A stretch of 64,000 nt of DNA from contig MGVW01000035.1 in NCBI GenBank assembly GCA_001800675.1, positions 6,731-70,730 on the forward strand, given 5' to 3'. The position numbers and the translations under genes were made by a program. The stretch is from Euryarchaeota archaeon RBG_13_57_23 (GTDB lineage: Archaea > Thermoplasmatota > Thermoplasmata > UBA10834). This document shows, one piece after another, positions 57,529 to 64,000 of this stretch. The notes beneath the pieces are model-generated. The model did not search any database and was not told the origin of the DNA. It worked only from the letters and a program-made list of their open reading frames with translations. Each line of letters starts with the position of its first letter. Position 1 is the stretch's first letter.

Positions 57529-60500
57529 ATGCGCCAAGTAGACGAGAATTACTCCCCCGTCCAGTTGGAAAAAGACGTAAGGGCGCAGTGGGACAAGGCC
57601 CGCACTTATGAGAAGGTCAAGAAGGCCCTCGAGTCGGGTAAGACATACTACTTCGTCGACGGCCCCCCCTACACCACGGGCTCGATCCATGTGGGCACTG
57701 CTTGGAACAAGATCCTGAAAGACACGATGGTGAGGTACAGGCGCATGCAGGGCCTCCAGGTGAGGGACCAACCCGGGTTCGACATGCACGGGCTCCCCAT
57801 CGAGGTCCGGGTCGAGCAATCCATGGGCATCAAGAGCAAGAAGGAGATCGAAGCCCAGGGGATCGACAAATTCATCAGCACCTGCAGAGACTATGCGATA
57901 CGCTTCAAAGCCAAGATGACCGAGGAATTCAAGATGCTCGGGGTCTGGCTCGACTGGGACAAGCCCTATCTAACTGTAGATCCCAACTATATCGCCTCGG
58001 TCTGGTGGACTCTCAAGCAGGCCTACGACAAGCAGCTTCTGACGATGGATTTCAGGGTTCTACCCTGGTGTCCTCGATGTGAAACCGCCCTTGCGGAAGC
58101 GGAGATCGAGTACTGGGACGAGACTGACCCGTCCATCTACGTCAAGTTCCCCGTTGAGGGGGAAGTCAACACATACTTGCTGGTCTGGACGACCACACCT
58201 TGGACCATCCCTGGAAACCTCGCGGCTGCCGTTCACCCTGAATTCATGTATGCGTTCGTTCGCGTGAAGCGTGGCATGCTGGAGGAGACTCTCATCGTCC
58301 TCGAAGAGAAGCTGGAGGAGCTCAAGAAGATTGCGGGGATCGAGGAGATGACGGTCCTCGACCGGACCAAGGGCTCCGAGTTGGTCGGGGTCGTGTACAA
58401 GCATCCACTAACGGACCTGGTGCCGTATCAGAGTCAGGTCAAGGGGGATGCGGCCCACGCTGTCCTCTCATCCGAGACGGTAACGAACGAGAGCACGGGC
58501 ATCGTTCACATCGCCCCGGGTCACGGTCCTGAGGACTTCGAGCTGGGCAAGGAGTACGGCCTGGAACCGTTCTCCCCCGTGGACGAGACCGGCTCCTACA
58601 CCGAGGACGCGGGGAAGCACTACGCCGGCAAGAACGTCCGAGAGGCCAACTCCATGGTCATAAGCGACCTCGTCGAACGGGGCGCGATGTTCCATCAGGC
58701 CAACATCACTCACAGATACGGTCACTGCTGGAGATGTCATCAGCCAATCATCTACCGCATCACCGACCAGTGGTTTCTCAAGGTCAGCGAGATCAAGGAG
58801 CAGCTCAACGCAGCCAACGCCCAGGTCAAATGGTACCCCGAATGGGCAGGAGCCAGCAGAGAGCGCGATTGGATCGCGAACGCGAGGGACTGGTGTATCA
58901 GCAGGCAGAGGTACTGGGGCACCCCTCTTCCGATATGGAACTGCGAGTGCGGCAATTTCAGGCTCGTATCTTCTCTAGAAGAGCTCAAGACCGCCAAGGG
59001 ATACGTCGAGGGCATGGACTTGCACAGGCCCTGGATCGACAAGCTGTCTTTCACTTGCGAGAAGTGCGGCAAGACAATGACCAGAGTGCCCGACGTGCTC
59101 GATGTCTGGTTCGATGCGGGCGTGTGTTCATGGGCCTCACTAGGCTACCCCGCGAGCAAGGAGGAGTTCCAGAAGTGGTGGCCCTGCCAGTGGATCACGG
59201 AGGCCCACGATCAGACGCGAGGATGGTTCTACTCGCAGCTCGTGACCGGTGTCGTTGCCTTTGGCAGGTCTCCGTACGACTCCGTGCTCATGCACGGTTG
59301 GGCGCTAACGCCACAGGGGACGCCCATGTCCAAGAGCGAGGGCACGGCCATCGATCCGATTCACATAGTGAACACCCTTGGCGCGGATTCGCTTAGACTA
59401 TACCTTCTGAAATCGAACGCGCCATGGGAGGATGTCCCGTTCCAGCCAGAAGGCGTGAAGGCTGCGAACCGGACATTGAACATCCTGTGGAACGTCTACA
59501 AGTTCGCAACGCTATACATGTCAATAGACAAGTTCGACCCCGCAACAGTTCACCTCGAGCACATCGCGGAATCTCTGAGGCCAGAGGACAGATGGATGCT
59601 CTCGAGGACCGAGACCCTGAAGAAGGAGGTCTCGGAGGCCATCGAGTCTTACGAGCTGCACAGGGCTGCAAGGGCAATCGAAGTCTTCGTCAACGAGGAC
59701 CTCTCCCGATGGTATGTGAAGCTCGTAAGGGACCGGCTGTGGAAAGAGGGCGATGATCGCGATAAGACTGCCGCGTTCAAGGTCCTCCACGAGGCACTGA
59801 GCACTGCAGTAGCCGTTATGGCGCCTATGACGCCGCATATCACCGAGGCAATGCACGCTAACCTCAACGGGAAGCCGGAGAGCGTGCACATGCTCTCCTG
59901 GCCAGGCTTCGACCCGAGATGGATAGACACGAAGTTGGAGGAGGGCATGCTCATGGTGCGTGAGATCTCCGAGCTCATCGCGCGTATCAGGCAGGACTCC
60001 AACATCAACCTCAGGTGGCCCCTGAAGCGCATAGTCATAAAAGCGCAGACGCAGGAGGTTGCCGACTCGATCACGGTTCTCAAGGATGCGCTCCTGTCGC
60101 AGAACAACATTAAGGAACTGCACATCGTGCCCATGGGCGAGGAATGGGACGAGATGATACTCGGCGTCGTCCCCAACCCGAACGCAATTGGCAAGGTCTA
60201 CAGGCAGTGGTCGAGCAAGATAGCGGTCATGCTCAAGAACCGGCCCGCAAGGACCATCAAGGCTGGTATAGACAAGGGCGAGTACTCGTTGGGCATCGAA
60301 GGTCAATTGGTCAAGATACTTCCGAACATGGTTTCGTTCACATCGACGGTGCCCCCGGAGGTCATGGGGGCGCAGTTCGCCAAGGGAGAGGTCTACATAG
60401 ACCTCGAGCAGACCCCCGCCTTGGAAGCCGAAGGGTTCTCGAGGGAGATGATCAGGCGCATACAGCAGATGAGAAAGGATATGAAGCTCAACGTCGAGGA

Positions 60501-61788
60501 ATTCGTCAAGGTTGATATCCAGTGCTCAAAGCGCGTGGAAGGATTCCTCGAGACATGGAAGGACAAGGTGGCGCGCGAAACCCGGGCGCGGGCCTTCGAA
60601 GTGGTTGACTCCGTCAAAGGAGACTACATCGTCGAATGGAATGTCGACACCGAAGCCCTTGTCATCGGAGTCAGCTCGATGAAGGTGAAGCAGAACATCG
60701 ATATGCTGGCCGGCATACAGGGAATGACTCCAGAAAAGGCGCTCAGGATAGTCGAAGCCGGGTTCTCAACGTCCGCGCTGATCAAGAGTGCAAGTGCCGA
60801 GGACCTCTCACTGGTCGACGGGATCTCCAAGCTCGACGCCAAGAGGATTCATGACCACTTCCACCAGGGGGAGGAAGCTCCTCCAGCGGCACCAGCTCCT
60901 GGTCCGGCACCGCCCGCCCAGCCAGTTCCACAGCCGGAGGCCCCACGGGCGCCAGCGCCTGTGCAGGCACCACCACCTGCTCCGGAGTCTGTTGTCCAGG
61001 CGCCTGCTCCGGCTCAAGTGCCAGCTCCAGAGCCGCCACCGGTTCAGCAGGCCCCAGCGCCTGCACCTGTCCCCGCACCGCCACAAGAACCGTTCATCGA
61101 AACCCTGCGCAGGGTCGAGGGGATAACGCCAGAGGCCGCAAACGCGGTCTATGACGCAGGATACACCACTTCCCAATCGTTGAAGAACGCTACCGTCCCG
61201 GACCTCGTGAAGGTGAAGGGCGTCTCCGACAGGGCTGCCACACTGCTGATCGAGCACTTCATGAGCGAGCCCGCGGTCGCAGCGGGCAGGCCGGTCAAGG
61301 CGGAGATAAGATCCGCCCCGCAGGTCCAGGAACTGGAGAAATCGTTCTCCTACCTGGTAGAAGAGGACAAGCCTGAGACATCTTACCAGCTCTTCATGAA
61401 TTCTCTGAAGAAAGGGATGAGGGGCTACTGCGTAACTAGGAACTACCCCGCGAAGATACGGACGAAATTCGACCTGGGGGAAACGCCAGTGGTCTGGCTC
61501 TCGAATGTCGGTCGCGAGAACACCATCAGGCCCAAGGATCTCGAGAAGCTGAGTCTCTCGCTGGAGCAGTTCCTGTCGCAGCCGGGTGGAGGAGTCGTGC
61601 TCCTCGACGGACTGGAGTACCTTATCACCAACAACAACTTCATCACGGTCTTGAGGCTCATACAGTCACTTCGGGACCAGGTCGCCATAAATCAATCCAT
61701 CCTCCTGATGGCGGTGAACAGGTCCACGCTCGAGAGCCACCAGCTGAATTTGCTGGAGCGCGAAGTGGATTATACGATCACCGGATAA
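57529..61788 (+). CDS. ileS: Isoleucyl-tRNA synthetase with C-terminal HhH-linker-HhH-DUF835 extension
   Basis: DGPPY..G.IHVGT, DMHGLPIE, WTTTPWT, DWCISRQRYWG, DQTRGWF, PMSKS; about 370 extra C-terminal residues. Confidence 0.95.
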   Translation: MRQVDENYSPVQLEKDVRAQWDKARTYEKVKKALESGKTYYFVDGPPYTTGSIHVGTAWNKILKDTMVRYRRMQGLQVRDQPGFDMHGLPIEVRVEQSMGIKSKKEIEAQGIDKFISTCRDYAIRFKAKMTEEFKMLGVWLDWDKPYLTVDPNYIASVWWTLKQAYDKQLLTMDFRVLPWCPRCETALAEAEIEYWDETDPSIYVKFPVEGEVNTYLLVWTTTPWTIPGNLAAAVHPEFMYAFVRVKRGMLEETLIVLEEKLEELKKIAGIEEMTVLDRTKGSELVGVVYKHPLTDLVPYQSQVKGDAAHAVLSSETVTNESTGIVHIAPGHGPEDFELGKEYGLEPFSPVDETGSYTEDAGKHYAGKNVREANSMVISDLVERGAMFHQANITHRYGHCWRCHQPIIYRITDQWFLKVSEIKEQLNAANAQVKWYPEWAGASRERDWIANARDWCISRQRYWGTPLPIWNCECGNFRLVSSLEELKTAKGYVEGMDLHRPWIDKLSFTCEKCGKTMTRVPDVLDVWFDAGVCSWASLGYPASKEEFQKWWPCQWITEAHDQTRGWFYSQLVTGVVAFGRSPYDSVLMHGWALTPQGTPMSKSEGTAIDPIHIVNTLGADSLRLYLLKSNAPWEDVPFQPEGVKAANRTLNILWNVYKFATLYMSIDKFDPATVHLEHIAESLRPEDRWMLSRTETLKKEVSEAIESYELHRAARAIEVFVNEDLSRWYVKLVRDRLWKEGDDRDKTAAFKVLHEALSTAVAVMAPMTPHITEAMHANLNGKPESVHMLSWPGFDPRWIDTKLEEGMLMVREISELIARIRQDSNINLRWPLKRIVIKAQTQEVADSITVLKDALLSQNNIKELHIVPMGEEWDEMILGVVPNPNAIGKVYRQWSSKIAVMLKNRPARTIKAGIDKGEYSLGIEGQLVKILPNMVSFTSTVPPEVMGAQFAKGEVYIDLEQTPALEAEGFSREMIRRIQQMRKDMKLNVEEFVKVDIQCSKRVEGFLETWKDKVARETRARAFEVVDSVKGDYIVEWNVDTEALVIGVSSMKVKQNIDMLAGIQGMTPEKALRIVEAGFSTSALIKSASAEDLSLVDGISKLDAKRIHDHFHQGEEAPPAAPAPGPAPPAQPVPQPEAPRAPAPVQAPPPAPESVVQAPAPAQVPAPEPPPVQQAPAPAPVPAPPQEPFIETLRRVEGITPEAANAVYDAGYTTSQSLKNATVPDLVKVKGVSDRAATLLIEHFMSEPAVAAGRPVKAEIRSAPQVQELEKSFSYLVEEDKPETSYQLFMNSLKKGMRGYCVTRNYPAKIRTKFDLGETPVVWLSNVGRENTIRPKDLEKLSLSLEQFLSQPGGGVVLLDGLEYLITNNNFITVLRLIQSLRDQVAINQSILLMAVNRSTLESHQLNLLEREVDYTITG

Positions 61789-61805
61789 TGCGACAATCCC
61801 TGCGG

Positions 61806-62585
61806 TCACAGGAGCCTGAGGATTATCTGTTGCAGTCCAGGGACGGTGTCGAACCTCGACACATCCCCCGGTTGTATCCATTCGAGAGATTGATGCTCCC
61901 AGTCGGTCCGGACATGGCGATCCTTCACATCGAACAGGAACGGGTGGACGCACCAGATGGTCGGGCCGTCCCTGAAGCACTGCGTGTCGATGTGTTTTGA
62001 GAGTCTCGCTCTGTCCCGTCCGATTTCCTCCTTCAGCTCACGCCTTGCAGCCGACTCGTCCGACTCTCCGCTCTCGATGAACCCGGACACGCCGGCCCAC
62101 ATGCCATTGTATGAGCCGACCTTGTCGCTCCTCTGGAGAAGCAGTATTCTCCCGGCGTTGCGGACGATGCACGTCACAACATGCCTCTCGTCTAACCCTA
62201 TGATCTCGACTGTTCCCCTGTTGGCATCCACAGACACATCGTCTCCAGTTCTCAGAAGGCCGACATCGATTCCGTCGACCATCGGCACATCGGCAATTAT
62301 GGCTCCCGTGGCCACTATCGGCTCTGCCGAGTTGTTGATTATCGCTGCCGGAGCCTTCTTGTTCAATCTCAGCTGGTACAGCGCGTAGGAGCCGACTGTG
62401 CTCCCCTTTCCGAACGGGAAGCAGAAGATCCTCCCGGAGATGCTCTCTCCTCTGGACTCGCACTCCTCATCCATGATTCTTCCAGTTAGCGGGTCAACGC
62501 CACCGAGGAACGAGATCGGGCTCTTGCAGACGACCGCCTTCCCCGAGGCCATCCCTCCCCTGATCCGCCTGCCCACAAACTTCAT
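61806..62585 (-). CDS. Aconitase X/phosphomevalonate dehydratase small subunit (DUF126) fused to a Nudix hydrolase
   Basis: ISFLGGVDP, GKGSTVGSY, EPIVATGA, then Nudix box GFIESGESDESAARRELKEEIG. Confidence 0.88.
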   Translation of the reverse strand: MKFVGRRIRGGMASGKAVVCKSPISFLGGVDPLTGRIMDEECESRGESISGRIFCFPFGKGSTVGSYALYQLRLNKKAPAAIINNSAEPIVATGAIIADVPMVDGIDVGLLRTGDDVSVDANRGTVEIIGLDERHVVTCIVRNAGRILLLQRSDKVGSYNGMWAGVSGFIESGESDESAARRELKEEIGRDRARLSKHIDTQCFRDGPTIWCVHPFLFDVKDRHVRTDWEHQSLEWIQPGDVSRFDTVPGLQQIILRLL

Positions 62586-63751
62586 CTTGAGATCGCCTCC
62601 AGGAGAGCTGTCGTTGTCCGGAAGGACGCGCGTTGCCTGCCCAAGGTAGGCAAGTAGACCATCGCCTTTCCGCTGTCGGAGGCGGTCCGCTTGTACATCG
62701 ACTCGATTGGCGCGACTACCATGCACGTGTCGCATAGCACCTTTCCGAATTTCCGAAGGATTCCGATTTCCTTGGGGCAACTTCTGTAAACGTTTCTGGA
62801 GGTGCAGAACCAGACATCGCTGCTATTGGCTGGTTTCCGTCGCTTGAGATAACTGGCCATGCGCTTGATCTCGTTTCTTGAGCAGTGAGGGCACCCGATG
62901 GCCACGAGGTCCCAGTCATCATCCCCTCTCAGCCCGTCCGATAGCGACTCGAGCTCAGATATGGGCAGGGCGACGCGCTCTTCAATGAGAGAGGTGTCCA
63001 CCCTCTCCCGGTCGCCAGGCGCAGCGAACTCGTACATCGACACGGCACCGGTTGCTGCCATGGCGGCTCCGAATGCCTTGTGCTGGTCGGCAGTGAGCCG
63101 AAGGCCCGGCAGATACGGTATCCGCTTCCCCGCGATCTTGCCAACCAAGAACCCCGCCAGAGGTGCCAATCCCTCAGGAATCTCCTGAATGTCGATCCTA
63201 ACTCTGGGCGCCCTGTTCTCTGCAAGGTGCAAGCCGTATTCAGCTGTCTTTCCTATTATTGCCGCCGCCAGCGCGGATGGCCCGCCCTCCCTGTTGGTCA
63301 TGGCACCTAGATACGAGTTCGCGAACACGGTGGCTGATGATTCCGCCCAGGCTATGTGCTGACCCCCGCGAGGCCTGTTCCCAGCTAGATACGGCGTGCA
63401 AGTGTACAGTGGTTCAACGCCAAGAGACGCGTACGCTCTGACTATCCTCTCTTGCTTGGCGTGGAACTGCGAGCCTACCCCCATGGTCTTCCAGCGCCTC
63501 ACGTCCATGCCCAGGGGGTTCAATGAGGCCCTCACCGTGACCCTGGCCTGCTCGGAGAAGTCCTCGAGGAACTTGATGCCAGCGTCTCCAATCGTCTTGA
63601 AGGACGCTCCTGAGACCTGGGCGGAGGAGATCGGTATCAATCTCTTGGCTCGGTAGATGTCGCCGAGAGCGACCAGCAGCTCCATCGCCTTCTGTCTGCC
63701 GTGTCCTTCCTCGCCGACGAGAATGCGCTCTTCTCGGGCGGTTAGATGCAT
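62582..63751 (-). CDS. Aconitase X/phosphomevalonate dehydratase large subunit (DUF521)
   Basis: SGASFKTIG, CTPY, WAESS, NREGG, GCPHCS, DTCMVV, SGKA..Y; ATGA overlap with the small subunit. Confidence 0.92.
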   Translation of the reverse strand: MHLTAREERILVGEEGHGRQKAMELLVALGDIYRAKRLIPISSAQVSGASFKTIGDAGIKFLEDFSEQARVTVRASLNPLGMDVRRWKTMGVGSQFHAKQERIVRAYASLGVEPLYTCTPYLAGNRPRGGQHIAWAESSATVFANSYLGAMTNREGGPSALAAAIIGKTAEYGLHLAENRAPRVRIDIQEIPEGLAPLAGFLVGKIAGKRIPYLPGLRLTADQHKAFGAAMAATGAVSMYEFAAPGDRERVDTSLIEERVALPISELESLSDGLRGDDDWDLVAIGCPHCSRNEIKRMASYLKRRKPANSSDVWFCTSRNVYRSCPKEIGILRKFGKVLCDTCMVVAPIESMYKRTASDSGKAMVYLPTLGRQRASFRTTTALLEAISR

Positions 63752-63799
63752 CGAACTGGTCATTAGTGGACGCGTATAATAGAATGATGGAGGAGGGAG

Positions 63800-63919
63800 C
63801 GGGCCTGTCGGGAATTTCGGGGATCTCCAAATCCCATTCGAACCCGAGTTTGAGGCTGTCTCCAGCGCGTTAAGTGCGCTCCGGAGGCCTCAGTGATATC
63901 CAAGCTACACTACAGGCCC
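63800..63919 (-). tRNA. tRNA-Arg(CCG) with two introns (63880-63858 at 37/38; 63836-63814 at 59/60)
   Basis: Removing both 23-nt segments gives a full cloverleaf: GGGCCTG/CAGGCCC, GAGGC-CTCCGGA-GCCTC, TCGGG-TTCGAAT-CCCGA. Both junctions fold as BHB or relaxed BHB motifs. Confidence 0.92.
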
Positions 63920-64000
63920 GTTTCCGTTGAAAGCCTAGTCCGTATATCTATCTTGGCACGGAGTGGGAAACGGGTCGTCAGAGCGTCAGCCCAATCATCA

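Noticed and set aside
57506..57541. uORF MACAKDWSCAK* overlapping the ileS start, considered as a second attenuator
   Set aside because: No Ile codons and no associated hairpin; no T-box-like leader either.
60870..61090. Repetitive DNA resembling a tandem array or CRISPR
   Set aside because: Explained by Pro/Ala codons of an in-frame linker; no fixed repeat-spacer period.

Overview
Archaeal chromosomal segment with no mobile element or CRISPR array. It is most consistent with Thermoplasmata (inferred from the archaeal-type MAT, PheT, Fen1 and deoxyhypusine synthase, DUF835 domains, CoaD-YjjX fusion and class II HMG-CoA reductase). It holds about 58 CDS and 4 tRNA genes. Contents: CheR with a receptor-like gene, an ilvBN-ilvC-FAH-ilvE cluster, a non-pyrrolysine MttB homolog, archaeal mevalonate-pathway genes, a KaiC-like ATPase pair, a 1762-aa DUF835 coiled-coil protein, kamA-mat divergent from a thiolase/HMGCS-like/DUF35/CoA-transferase/aminotransferase operon, a D-/beta-amino-acid peptidase cluster, and IleRS with a long C-terminal extension. 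The strongest unexpected signal is an unannotated 28-codon Ile/Leu/Val-rich leader ORF (6580-6666, minus) upstream of ilvB. Its stop codon lies inside a 14-bp hairpin, the architecture of ribosome-dependent attenuation, here in an archaeon. Other highlights: a tRNA-Arg(CCG) with two introns (37/38 and 59/60), a candidate beta-lysine CoA-dependent pathway containing a catalytically dead HMG-CoA synthase homolog, an IleRS-HhH-DUF835 fusion, an AcnX small subunit-Nudix fusion, and two paralogous 8-Cys mini-proteins. All calls come from reading the sequence; no database searches were run.
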